From Saccostrea echinata (Eukaryota): 64,000 nt of DNA. Under the pieces are notes generated by a model. That model was given only the letters and a program-made list of their open reading frames with translations, made no database searches and had not been told where the DNA came from. The position numbers were made by a program, and so were the translations under genes. Below, piece by piece: positions 51,021 to 64,000 of the stretch. Numbering within the stretch: the stretch's first letter is position 1; each line of letters starts with the position of its first letter. The DNA is taken from assembly GCF_033153115.1 (NCBI RefSeq), contig NW_026889750.1, positions 44,268,001-44,332,000 on the forward strand, read 5' to 3'.

Positions 51021-51873
51021 TAGAACGTTCTCTTTTAGTATCAGCTAGAGAGTGTGAATTTTTATAAACGGCTAGTTTTAGGTTATATTTTGAATATTTA
51101 GTTGTAATACTTTGTGAATGTCCCATAGATAAATATTTTATTTTAAAAAAGTCAAACAAGCCTTGGGGTACGGAACTCGCCGGGGGGGGGGGGGGGAGGG
51201 GGGGTTCCCGTCCCCAAGCACTTGTGCTTTGTTATAACTTTATACAAAATGTTATTTTGTTGATTTATCTTTAAATCCAATTCCAGTAAGACTGTATATA
51301 TTATATTGGAAAACCCGTGGTCCATTAATTTTTATACACATACTCTCACTTAATTGTTGCATCCGTCGAGATGTTTCCAAATCTCAGTTGTATTGGATTT
51401 GCTATTGGTGTATTTGCAGTTTTGTCATTAAATATTGTTTAAACTAAGTTCTTTAAAATAATATTTTCCATATCCTATAATGTTTAGTCATCTAAATAAA
51501 AACAATTATATACAGAGTCGTTTTTTACTTGCAAAATACATGCACTAGCTACACGCTCGTACAAACAATCAAGACACCGTGCAGTGAGCTGAAATAAGTT
51601 CAAGGTTGCTATGTATTTTCGTAAACAAGCCCACTATAATACTTTATAAGCCCGGTAGCAAATTTCGAAGGACATTAAGAAAAAGAGCAAAGTGATACTC
51701 CTAGCCCAGTGCTTTACAGATCTATACATAAAATACCCCCCCCCCCCCAATTGCAACATTAAAATCACCTTGATTCATTCCATGCAGAAAAAAAAAATCA
51801 TCGTTTAAGGCATGATAAAATCAACAGAGCGTACAAAAAAAATTCATCTAGGAAGTTTGAGGTTATTAAAAGC

Positions 51874-54800
51874 ATGGACGCCGAGATCACCGTCTGTCCT
51901 CTAAGTTACACGTCCATAGACTCCGGAAGTCTGAACGGATCTAGTAATCCGGTCTTTGTGGAAGAATCGGACTTCATCAATAAGGTAGGCACGGTAACTG
52001 TAGCAGCAAGGACCATGTAGCATTCAGTCCATTATTTAAGAATGTAAGTATATCTAATAAGTTAATTTCGGTCCAGCTGACCATAAAAAGAAGAGAAACA
52101 TCAAAGATTTTCCATGTTCAGCGCATTTTTTCTACTTTGGTTACACTTCTATATCTCTGCGTCTATCNNNNNNNNNNNNNNNNNNNNNNNNNNNNNNNNN
52201 NNNNNNNNNNNNNNNNNNNNNNNNNNNNNNNNNNNNNNNNNNNNNNNNNNNNNNNNNNNNNNNNNNNNNNNNNNNNNNNNNNNNNNNNNNNNNNNNNNNN
52301 NNNGCAGTGTGAACATGCTGTATTCGGTAAAAAATTCTTACCGAAATACGTTGTTTTAAACACTCACAAGTATCAATACACTATCTACAATCTTGTTTTA
52401 TTTTTCAAAGGGCTGTATGCATACATGTATAATGTAGTGCTATTATTAATTCATTTTTTCACTTTTCAAATATTTTTGAAATTATCATTAATTCTATATG
52501 ATTTCGACAACAGATTGGTCATTCATCTGTGTAGAATTATGGGAAATAAATTCTATACAGTCCATCAATCATACTTGACAAAGGTCACGCATATATGGCC
52601 ATCGTAGTAAGAGGGGACTGGTCCTAAACCATAACCTTTTTGGCCAGCATAAATCTACATAAAGAATTCCCTGACTGATCATAAAAACATTGAAAAAATT
52701 ACAATGAATTAAAAAAAATGATACTGAATAGACGCGAACTGCTTTCATTTCCTTTGTAATTTTTGTAAGTACAGAGCCAAGGCGATTGAGCCTGAGATTT
52801 TTTGATGGAGTAGGACAAAAATAACAGCAGCATTGAAAATGAAGAAAATGTTATTTTATTAAAGTAAACGACAAAAAGCAAAAATACACATCATTAAGGG
52901 GTCAGAAGAGACTAGAAAAAAAAACTACTATAAAGCACATAAAATCTTTGTTTAAATGAATGGAAACTATGTGTCGAGTTCGAAATAGCACGTTTAACAT
53001 AATTCAATTCTCCAAAGATAATACTTTCACTTTTTTGTGTTGCCTGCAGAGCAGAGGGACATTTAGGGATCACTTTGCCTGGCGTCTGTCTGTCCGTCTG
53101 TCACACCTTCTAACTTGAGAAGTTTCAGAATTATGAATTTGAATATTTTGCTGAGAATTTATGTATTGGAGAAACGACTTCGTGACCTTTGAATTTGACC
53201 TTTGATCCGCTTTTCAAAATACACCATAGTATCGATATACACATATTCTTTGACCTTTGAGAGGTAAGTTTGTGCTATCTGGGAAGTGCACTACCTGTCT
53301 TACAGCGCTGTAAGACATATTGAAAATATCAACCTTACAGTTCACCTGTGAAAAAAAGGCCAAAGGTCAAGGTCAAATGGATCTTTACCTTTGGCCTGCT
53401 TTTCAAAAATACTCAGTGAAGTCTTTATTGATGCTATAGCAGCTAGGCGACACATGCGTTCCGTGGAACACATTTATTATTTTTTTTATATATAAAAACA
53501 TGTACAAATGTACTTCGAATTTGAAACTTACCGAATAAAAATAAAAATTAAGGCCATCATTAAAAATATCTTTGTTTCCCCTAACCTGACCCAAAAATCT
53601 CAAGTTGGGTCGGTAGGTAGGTAAATTATTTTTTTTTTCTGACAGCAGGTTTGGGAATACATTCTGAAAAATTGAATAATATCTTTATAAATAAGAAAGA
53701 ACAAAAGAAACCAATTTTAAACCTAATATCATATAAATGAAGCAACATGTATGGTAAATTAATTCATAAATATTATTCATTTGAACTTGTAAAATATCTC
53801 AGTCCAGCGTAAATTTATTGAAATCGAATATTTACAAAAAACACAAGATTCGCAAATACTGAACCATCGGACATTCGAGTACATTTTTCAAACCTACTAT
53901 CATCTTCGAGTACTTACACAGACAAAATGTCAAGGGCCTCGCGTGGCACAGTAATTCTAGTGTTTCGTTTTGGAGTCACGACGTAATTCGGGAGCTACAT
54001 GTAATTCTAAGTCACAGGTCCCGACGTGGGACTTGCAGACCGGTCAGTGGAATAAGACCATAAAAAACGTATGTCCAGTGTCGGAGTATACATGTAGATG
54101 GCACGTAAAAGATCCCTTACTGATGCCTAATGATCAAAGGCCATAAGTGCCGAGTAAAAGTCTAAATTAAGAGCCTTCCACCGGCCCAACAAATTTTAAA
54201 GGTATTTTAAAGCAAAGAAACAACCTGTTTTCAAGGGCCTAACTAAAGCAAAATAAACTGGCCGTCTCAGGAAGCCGTACCATAAGCAAATTTTAAATAT
54301 TTCAACACTATTTGGAAATAGTGTACATGTACATGTATAAACAATATATAATTCAACCAAACCATATCTAAAATGATTAAAGTTTCATATATCTAATTTT
54401 ATAGTCACGGAGTCAATACCCCATAAATAAAAGGAATAAAGAAACGACATCTGAATTATATTTATCAAATGAAATAATCATACAAAGACATATTTACAAC
54501 TCCTATGGTCCTATGTAGTAAAAATAGGATCTTACATGAACTGTTTATTAGATCGAAACGAATCAAATGCAGTGAAATTTATTGATATGTGTTCACAAGG
54601 AGCGCCCCTCATCTACTCATGAGCCAGGCTTTGCTATGCTTACTACGTATGTTAATTTTTTTAAATACCATCTTAACACTCCTTAGTCATTACATGGTAC
54701 ATTAATTCACGAGATGTCTCAAGAGTGTAGGATTCTAATAAGTTAAAGATATAATAAGATTGATACGTCACCATTGTTTTATAACACGAACTAACCCTCT

Positions 54801-57800
54801 GAGGCCACATGTTGTCGGCACCAAATGAGAGTAAAACAAAAGCCGCCGTTCTGATAAAAAACGGATTTTGATGAAATTGTATTTTATAAATTTGATAAAC
54901 AATAAAAAAAATATTTAAATAGTCTTATTAAAAAAACTTTTCAGTCGGCACGATTTAAGTGGGTCGGTCGCGTTAGGGGAAACAAAGGTATTTTTTATTT
55001 TGGCCTAATTCTTTAAATCGTCCATTTCAGAACTTGGCATGATAATAATAAAAAATCGTACTTCAAATTTTTTAAATATTCTTCGGAAATACATTTTTCA
55101 TTATATAAAAAGTAGTTAGAATCGTTTAAATCACTTTAATTAAAACTTTGTTTTGTAGTTTTTCTGATGCCTATCTGACATTTTCGACCTTGCGTTGTCG
55201 CCCTAGCCTTCCTGCTTGCTTCGTTGCCCTTATTTGATTTCTTCCCCATGCCTTTCCGCTATGTGTTGCCCTACATAAGTTGTATCATAATCGAATGTCT
55301 GATAAATTATACAGAATGGTATTGTAATTCTTGCTTTGCCGCCTCATTTGATTTCTTGTCCTTGTCTTCTCGCTACCTCGATTTGTTGTGTAAACAGAAC
55401 TTTGTATCTCAGTCAGACAGCTAATTAATTATATAGAATGGTGTTGTAGGGACCATACAACAATGACCAGAAAAATACAAAACAAAATGCAAATTGTGAG
55501 AATCACCTACAGAATCCAGGGGACGTCACCAAGACTGTACAGGAAAAAAGTCCTGAAATTGAAATGGAGGACAGTCCCCTTATTTACAGAATCAGTGACG
55601 CCACCCCCATACATCTCACTCTATTCTTTGCCATGCAGGTATGAACAAATTATTAGTGCTGATACAAAAGGAAACACAAAGTAATATTTCAAATACCAAT
55701 TTCAGATGAAACAAGAAGCACAAGGGCCATGTCTATCTACTGAAATATTTGTCCAGGGCTCGAAATAATTGGTGGCTCACTGGTCTGGGGCCAGTAAATT
55801 TTTGGATTTTAGAAAAGCACGTGTCCTTGGGAACAGTGATTATTTTATGCATATCAAAATCAATTCACAGTCGGGCTAGTTGTCGAGACAAGTTTGTGCG
55901 CATGCGTCCATGTTCTATTTTGGTGCGAACATTTTTTTGCTAGGCTGTACTATTAATTAACGCAATGTAATTTCAATATCACAAAAATTTCTAAGAACAA
56001 CTTTTCTTGAGGAGTGTCATTTTAAACATTGCACTGTTTCTTAAACGTTGTTTTACCATGCTGGAACAAGATACGATGTATTATAAAAAAAATGTGTAGT
56101 AAACAAGGGCTATTGGCACTACTACACATGATTAAGAATCAAAATTCAACGGTGAAGAAATGTAATTTTTTTTAACTGTTGATTTTTAAAATCGGAAAAT
56201 AAACTCACGATTACATTAAATGTAGTCTGATTTTTTATCCCCTCGAAAAAAAAAAAAAATTGGAACGATTATAGTAACGCGCTTGTGTGCGTGTGGGTGA
56301 GTAAGTGAGTGAGTGCGTAACGGAAGTTACACAAGCAATAATTTATATCGGGATCAATGTGCTAGGAGATGCTCCGCCTTATCCTTGCAGTGCCCTTGTT
56401 TAAGCACTGATTTTGGGTCAGCCTTTTTCATACCTACTAGCAGTGAAAGTGACAGTGAAAGTTATCGATTGACCTGAACAATTTTAAGTTGATAGCCCGA
56501 GTGATCAGTGAAAAAAATTATTTCGAGCCCTATTTTTACGATCTATTTTTTTCCCGATAAACCAGAAAGTATTTAACAAAGTTTATACTTAGTAGCCTTG
56601 AAGCTTGTTCTGTATAATTTTATATGCAATTTTTCGCATTTACTATAATATATACTAATCTAGGATTATCATGGTGTAAAAAAAGTTAAATCTGTACAAC
56701 ACAGGGATGCTTGCACACTTTAGTTGCTTTTATATATTGTTTTTGAGCAGAATTTTGTAAATTGTTCTTATATGCCGGTATTTCTATGCAAAAATGATTC
56801 CTACCATGGAAGTACTCTACCCTGAGGACTGGCTGATGATATGAGCAAAATTGAATCTCTTACTTTAATGTTGTCAACTTTGATTCTGTGGCTCTCAAAT
56901 CTATCATCCCTGTAATATTGTCACCTCTGGTTCTGTGGCCCTCAAATCTATTATACCTGTAATGTTGTCACCTCTGGTATCTATCATTCTTGTAATGTTG
57001 TCACCTCTGGTATCTATCATTCCTGTAATGTTGTCACCTCTGGTATCTATCATTCCTGTAATGTTGACACCTCTGGTATCTATCATTCCTGTAATGTTGT
57101 CACCTCTGGTATCTCTGGTATCTATTATTCCTGTAATGTTGTCACCTCTGGTATCTATTATTCCTGTAATGTTGTCACCTCTGGTATCTATCATACCTGT
57201 AATGTTGTCACCTCTGGTATCTATCATTCCTGTAATGTTGTCACCTCTGGTATCTAACATTCCTGTAATGTTGTCACCTTTGGTATCTATCATTCCTGTA
57301 ATGTTGTCAACTCTGGTATCTATAATCTTGTAATGTTGTCACCTCTGGTATCTATCATTCCTGTAATGTTGTCACCTCTGGTATCTATTATTCCTGTAAT
57401 GTTGTCACCTCTGGTATCTATCATTCCTGTAATGTTGTCACCTCTGGTATCTCTGGTATCTATCATTCCTGTAATGTTGTCACCTCTGGTATCTATTATT
57501 CCTGTCATGTTGTCACCTCTGGTATCTATCATTCCTGTAATGGTGTCACCTCTGGTATCTCTGGTATTTATCATTCCTGTAATGTTGTCACCTCTGGTAT
57601 CTATCATTCCTGTATTGTTGTCACCTCTGGTATCTATTATTCCTGTAATGTTGTCACCTCTGGTATCTATCATTCCTGTAATGTTGTCACCTTTGGTATC
57701 TATCATTCCTGTAATGTTGTCACCTCTGGTATCTCTGGTATCTATTATTCCTGTAATGTTGTCATCTCTGGTATCTATCATTCCTGTAATGTTGTCACCT

Positions 57801-60800
57801 CTGATATCTAACATTCCTGTAATGTTGTCACCTTTGGTATCTATCATTCCTGTAATGTTGTCAACTCTGTTATCTATAATCTTGTAATGTTGTCACCTCT
57901 GGTATCTATCATTCCTGTAATGTTGTCACCTCTGGTATCTATTATTCCTGTAATGTTGTCACCTCTGGTATCTATCATTCCTGTAATGTTGTCACCTCTG
58001 GTATCTCTGGTATCTATCATTCCTGTAATGTTGTCACCTCTGGTATCTATCATACCTGTAATGTTGTCACCTCTGGTATCTATCATTCCTGTAATGTTGT
58101 CACCTCTGGTATCTCTGGTATCTATCATTCCTGTAATGTTGTTACCTCTGGTATCTATCATTCCTGTAATGTTGTCACTTCTGGTATCTATCATTCCTGT
58201 AATGTTGTCACCTCTGGTATCTATCATTCCTGTAATGTTGTCACCTCTGGTATCTATCATTCCTGTCATTTTGTCACCTCTGGTATCTATTATTCCTGTC
58301 ATGTTGTCACCTCTGGTATCTATCATTCCTGTAATGGTGTCACCTCTGGTATCTCTGGTATCTATCATTCCTGTAATGTTGTCACCTCTGGTATCTATCA
58401 TTCCTGTAATGTTGTCACCTCTGGTATCTATCATTTCTGTAATGTTGTCATCTCTGGTATCTATCATTCCTGTAATGTTGTCACCTCTGGTATCTATCAT
58501 TCCTGTAATGTTGTCACCTCTGGTATCTATCATTCCTGTAATGTTGTCACCTCTGGTATCTATCATTCCTGTAATGTTGTTACCTCTGGTATCTATTATT
58601 CCTGTAATGTTGACATCTCTGGTAGCTATTAATATTCTGTAATGTTGTCACCTCTGGTATCTATCATTCCTGTAATGTTTCACCTCTGGTATCTATCATT
58701 CCTGTAATGTTGTCACCTCTGGTATTCACCGTTTGGTTTAATTTGTGCTATAGTTCTGGGGGAAAAGTAAAAAAAAAGTGGAAGTTGGCAGATAGTCGAC
58801 AGACAAAAAAAATGGATGACAGAAAAACTTATTTGAATCTCTGGCTTAGATGAGAGAAAAAAATCACAAGTATAACTAATTTTTGAACATTTTTCAGCAA
58901 GCACTGCTGGCCCTTTCCACCTCTTTGGCTGTATCTTTGCTGGTTGCTGAGTACGCATGTGCAGAGCACGATGAGGACTTCAAATCTCGTCTGCTTAGCT
59001 CCACTTTGTTCATGAATGGCATTACTACACTTCTTATGAATACTATAGGTGTCAGGTTTGGAATAAAATAAACTTTGAGTCCGAGAATAGTTTTTATTTT
59101 AGTGTCTCTTCAAATTCTTCTTGCCAAGTCATTTAAAACAGCTTAATCCTCAAACGACTTGTTTTGTTTTAAAACTTCAGATTGCCACTTTATCAAGGAG
59201 CCACGCCAGATTATGTGGCCCCGTTAGTTGCCATGGCAGCAATAGACAAAGACAGGTGTAATATGACCACTACATGTAAGTGGTGTCCATTCTGACAGTT
59301 TTTTTTTTTTAAAGAAAAAAAATCAAATTTTAAATATTTTAAATTTAATAAAATTTAAAATAAATGAAGCAAATATGGAGAAATCCGTAAGAACGGACGA
59401 CGGGGTGTTTATCGACGGTGTTGTTTGTTGGGTATACATGTACCGGTACATTTATAACTTGAATTTGTTATAGACTCTCTCTGTTTAAAAGATATTTAAA
59501 AGATATATTTAAATGCTATAAATTCAGTTTGATACTCCTATTGTTAAAGTTTTCAACGTCACTTCCAATACGACAGAGACTGTAGCCGTCAACGAAGATG
59601 AAGTTATTATCTATCATATTCAAACGGTGAGACTTACAGGCAATTGTATCGGTATGATAAGTGTGATAGCTTGAAGATATAGTTCTTGTTTCAAATAATA
59701 ACGCCACATAAAATAATCGATGTTTTTTCCTAAAATTTCGTACATAATTTCTAAGGAATTATTTAATTCTACAGCTACAGGGAAGCCTGATGTTGGCGGG
59801 ACTGATCCACTTTGTAGTTGGTGCCACCGGATTGGTCGGAATCTTATTACGCTTTATTGGGCCCGTTACCATAGTCCCCACGATTCTGTTGATAGGAATC
59901 TACATGGTAACATCGGTTACAAAGTTCGCACAAGTTCACTGGGGAATCGCCTCCATGTACGTATATTGGTCGTCATGTAGTGATAAAACATTAATTCCCA
60001 TTGTCTCAAAAGTAAGCGCACATAACAATGATAACCCCTTCCTCAGTGTTCCTAGCGTTATGAAGTTGTCAATGTCTTGCAAACAAATTAAAGATAGAAA
60101 AATGAGTGTAATTTAAGTAACGTACATGCTTGTCTTTTTAGGACATGCGCTATAGCCATCATCATGTCCCTCTACCTTTCAAAATACAACATGCCAATCC
60201 CTGTGTGGACAAGGAGGAAATCCTGTCACGTGATCAGATATCCTCTTCATCAAGTGTTTGCCGTAAGGACAGCTTTAATTCTCTCCAGAAAGTTGTTCTC
60301 TATTGTCGATCTGTCCAGTTTACTTCGTTGTAGCATCTGTTCGACTTTTGTCTGATTAATTACCGACTAATCTTTCTTAGTTGACCTTTAGCATGACAGT
60401 TATCTTCATTTCGATTGGTTTGTTGCTTCTTGTCTTATGCATTTTCATTGGTAGGGTGAATATTTGTTTTAGATTTTAATCGCTATTGTGATTGGCTGGG
60501 TTGTAAGTATCATCATGACGGAGAGCGGTGTGTTTGACAGCGCTAAATTCGTCAAGGACAGACTCTATTACGCCAGGACAGACGCCAGAAGTTACGTCAT
60601 TACTAATGCTAAGTGGTTCCAATTCCCTTACCCAGGTAATTGTGTAGGTTTCCGTTTTGAAATTCAAGTAATTTATACTTGTTTTTGAATAAAACCAGAC
60701 TTAATCAGTTTAAAAAAATTACAGGGCAGTTCGGCATGATTCGATTCAGCATCAGCGCCTTTGTAGGTTTCTTCATTGCCACCATTGTTTCTATACTGGA

Positions 60801-61974
60801 CTCCATTGGAGACTATTACGCCTGCGCCACCACGTGCCGAGTCCCGCCTCCTCCGTCACACGCAGTTAATCGTGGGATTGCTGTGGAGGGACTTTGCACC
60901 ACACTTTCAGGGGCTGTTGGCTGTGGTCATGGCACCACAACATATGGAGGAAATATTGGTGCTATAAGCTTAACAAAGGTGGGTTTAAAGAATGAATATT
61001 CTATGGGCATAGCAGTGTTAAGTTTATAGTATACATGAATGCATTCGAATCAAATTAAATACTCACTCCTATACTGCAGTTGCTAGTGTTCGTAGATATT
61101 GTTCAACATGTATTTAACATGCATTTTCCTTTTTAAGTTATAAAAAGACACTGATTTCACTTCAGGTCGCCAGTCGTCACGTGTTTGTATGTCTCTCTTT
61201 GGTTTATATTCTCTTTGGAATTATTGGGAAATTTTCCGCTGTATTCATCACGATCCCACACCCAGTGCTTGGTGGGGCTCTTATCATTATGTTTGGAATG
61301 TTTAATGGAGTAGTCTTATCCAACCTCCAGTCTGTGGATCTATCTTCCACTCGAAACTCTGCCATCATCGGAACCTCTCTTTTAGTGGGGTTGATGATGC
61401 CACACTGGATCGAAAGGTACCCCAATACCGTAAACACAGGTGAGACCGATTGCACTTTGTCAACAGTCATTAAAAAGTCGCGAATCTCCCATTCTTACTG
61501 TGGCACTGAATCTTTATCACTTAAGAGATTTTAAATAACAGGAAATCCAGAAGCAGATGACATACTTAAGATGTTACTTGGCAACCCAAACATGGTGGGT
61601 GCCATACTCTCCTGTTTCCTTGACAATACTGTACCAGGTACATGTATTTATTCATATTCTGGCATAAACTGAGATCGTGTGTTAAACTACCGGAAGCAGA
61701 CATTTGAATGTTTTCTTAAAATTTTTAAGGTACCCCAGAAGAGCGGGGAATCGCAGCCTGGCAGACGACGGAGAAGGACTCAGTCCCCTCTGGGAAATAT
61801 CAGGAGGGATTCGAAGTTTATAAACCATGGCAACCTTCACGGATGGCTAACGCCAGAATTATGAAATATGTCCCTTTTATGCCTAATCCCACAAAACCGG
61901 AATCCGAACGCCATTTGTCGGTGGACATGGGAAGAAGAAAGAGTTTAGTACATACTATCCCTATGGGACGTTAG
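51874..61974 (+). CDS. SLC23A: SLC23/NAT transporter, paralog 2, about 654 aa. join(51874..51984,55450..55638,58898..59055,59181..59275,59550..59626,59775..59956,60142..60262,60473..60635,60725..60978,61166..61439,61542..61637,61730..61974)
   Basis: Same 12-exon structure and phases as paralog 1 (1965 nt; exon 2 is 6 nt longer). No stops or frameshifts were found, and many differences between the paralogs are synonymous. Confidence 0.92.
52168..52303. other. Assembly gap (136 N)
   Basis: Run of N in paralog 2 intron 1. Confidence 0.99.
53552..55005. mobile_element. TIR DNA transposon with a TAA target duplication (Zator/Harbinger-like), containing a SINE fragment at about 53935..54185
   Basis: TAA|GGCCATCATTAAAAATATCTTTGTTTCCCCTAAC ... 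GTTAGGGGAAACAAAGGTATTTTTTATTTTGGCC|TAA. The empty site is in paralog 1 near 30100. Confidence 0.8.
55754..56532. mobile_element. hAT-like MITE
   Basis: TIRs CAGGGCTCGAAATAAT / ATTATTTCGAGCCCTA. The TSD is not clean. Absent from paralog 1 intron 2. Confidence 0.65.
56870..58724. repeat. 27-bp minisatellite (about 1.8 kb) in paralog 2 intron 2
   Basis: Unit atcattcctgtaatgttgtcacctctggtatct with 9-bp duplication variants. It explains the MIDTRGDNITG / MLSPLVSIIPV ORFs. Confidence 0.97.
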
Positions 61975-62851
61975 TACATATATGAGACATTATTACATAA
62001 CATGGGACGTTAGTACATACCTTAACTATACCTATGGGACGTTAGGTGACACTTTTGTGTTGTTAGTCTACCTCCTCATAAACTCAGCTATTTTTTTTTC
62101 AAATATTAGTCCCGTTTACAATTTTCATTTTTCTTTCATTTTCCTTTAATTGTGCACACCCTGTGTATATTTCGATTTTTGAAATGTTTGTGAACACGAA
62201 ATAAAATTTTGTAGTCAATTAAGAATTCTTTCATGGGATTTTTTTTGTACCAGTCAGTCAGGTTTTCCGGGGAAAAGTGAACATGTGAGTAAAATTAATT
62301 TGACTCTAATTTTCTTCTTTCCTGTTCTAATTTTCCCCGTCTCTAATCTCCGTTCCTGCTCTCATTTTCCCCGTCTCTAAATTTCTCCGTTCTCATTTTC
62401 CTCGTCCCTAGCTGCTCTCCTGATATACTCGTCCTAATTTCTAACCTCTGCTTTTACTATAGTCTTCCCAATTTTTTGCTCATGAAAAAAATTATCAAAC
62501 TTAGGGCACCTAGGTCCATGTACTATCACCCATTTTATTAATTTTTCTTTTTCAGAATATACAGAGAGATGACGGCGAGCTCGATGGTTTTACTACCTGT
62601 TGTATTCAGAACCTGTACATTACGTTACATGTAGATATATAAATTGGTGCCTAATAGTACCAGCAAATGGAGTTACAGAAATATACAAGTTTTTATTCTT
62701 TTCAATTTTTCGTTGTGAGGAAATAACGTTGCGTATTGTCAGATCAGGTATATAGCCCTGGCTCCAGGGAAGGACGTGCGTAGGTTTCAGAGATGTAGAA
62801 TTAAATGGGTAGAAATACCTATGGGGAGGGGTATGATTATACTATCGGAAT

Positions 62852-63650
62852 AACAAGCAATCTCAAAGAATTGTGATCCCCCGCTTTTGGTGTCTTAGTG
62901 GTTTGGATGCAATGAATTTATAGCATATTTTAACTGTCTTCAAGTTCATGATAAGTCAAAAATTGATATACCTTTCTGAGAGGTGTCATAAGTAATGTAC
63001 ATGTAAAATATGAGAGCCCTATCTTCTCTCATTCAAAAGTTCTTACTAATGTTAAAAAAGAAAGAAAGAAAGAAAAAAATTGTAGGTAAATCTTAAAGGT
63101 TAAGGTCACGAGGTCAAAAGCCAGAGTACAGTAACATTCTGAAAGGTTTTGAAACAGGTAATGCACATGACATATAAATGTCCTATCTTCTTTTATTCAA
63201 AAGTTTAAATTTTAGAAAAATAGGTAAAACTTCAAGGTCAGGTCATGGGGTTAAAATTCATAGTATATATGGATGGGTCTTGCCACAGGTAATGCACATG
63301 TCTAGTATGAATGCCATGTCTTCTCTCAATCAGAAGTTAGCAGCAATGAAAACAATTATGAAAATTAGGACAAACTACAAGGTCACAGGGTCAAATATCA
63401 TGGCACATTCTTCGCATGGGCAATGCACTTGTTAAATATGAAAGCCCTATCATCTCTTATTCCAAAGATATACTCAGTAACCAATGTGAAAATTTTTGAA
63501 AATAAGGTAAAACTTCAAGGTCACAGGGTAAAAATATAAGCATATTCAAAAACGTCTTGTCACAGGTAATGCACATTTCAAATACGAATGATTCAAAAGT
63601 TATAATCAATGTTTAAAGTTTTGAAAAGAAGGTCAAAAAACAAGGTCAAA
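62852..63650 (+). mobile_element. Older HINE-like array related to family A
   Basis: AACAAG...GATCCCCCGC start and degenerate tgaaagccctatc...caaggtca units. Confidence 0.55.
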
Positions 63651-64000
63651 CTCTTAGTTATGAATTCTGCCATATGCCTGCCGCATGTATGTACACCTTA
63701 TGTACCTTACATTGACTCCAGTGTACATGCCAAGTTTAGTGAAAATCTACCTCTTGGTTATTTATTAGGGACCATCTCAAAATACAGGTACATTTACTAT
63801 AGTATTATATAGGAAAATACCATTTTTTCGCACTTCGGATCCGGAGCATATTATGCAAATGCTGCTATAAACTTTTTGCTCAAATTATGTTATTTGATGG
63901 TAATACTATATTATACATTTTATGCAAACACAAAATTCTGCCGTCTGGTTTCCAGAGGGGGTATCTCAAAATGTTAAAATTCATGATATTTTCCTGTTTT

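Noticed and set aside
52114-52607. ORFs spanning X residues
   Set aside because: Artefacts of the 136-N assembly gap.
56904-58642. Long repetitive ORFs on both strands (MIDTRGDNITG, with RGD motifs; MLSPLVSIIPV)
   Set aside because: They are a by-product of a stop-free 27-bp intronic minisatellite. 26-bp variant units break the frame, and the sister paralog lacks the array.
46501-62410. Second SLC23 copy as an uncollapsed allelic haplotype
   Set aside because: Introns and exon 1 are strongly diverged, each copy has many private TE insertions, and there is a defined gap-free junction. This fits true paralogy, though read depth would confirm it.
62556-62747. AG/GT-bounded segment downstream of paralog 2 as an exon
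   Set aside because: The frames I examined contain stops and I recognised no homology.

Overview
AT-rich, repeat-dense eukaryotic DNA. The repeat families (Helentron/HINE arrays, Penelope and SINE fragments) suggest a bivalve mollusc, probably an oyster; this is inference. There are three intron-containing genes, all on the + strand. (1) SPEF1/CLAMP (CDS 1269..16026, 6 coding exons, about 253 aa). It carries a second, diverged but intact copy of exon 2 at 6128..6239, which is a likely mutually exclusive exon within the microtubule-binding CH domain. (2, 3) Two tandem SLC23/NAT (nucleobase-ascorbate transporter) paralogs with 12 coding exons each (26215..39380 and 51874..61974). Their canonical substrate-site motifs are altered. 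The paralogs arose from a tandem duplication whose unit begins in the SPEF1 3'UTR, so an orphan SPEF1 3'UTR copy sits at about 46500..47470. The two units act as each other's empty-site controls for many transposon insertions and for one minisatellite expansion. Between the paralogs lies a nested stack: a Penelope fragment, an LTR-like relic with a PBS and a Zn-finger ORF, a TTAA element, a DD41D Tc1/mariner element and an RTE-X-like LINE. Most ORFs in the supplied track are spurious or are exon fragments. All gene models were built by eye from splice signals and frame continuity; none has been checked against transcripts.
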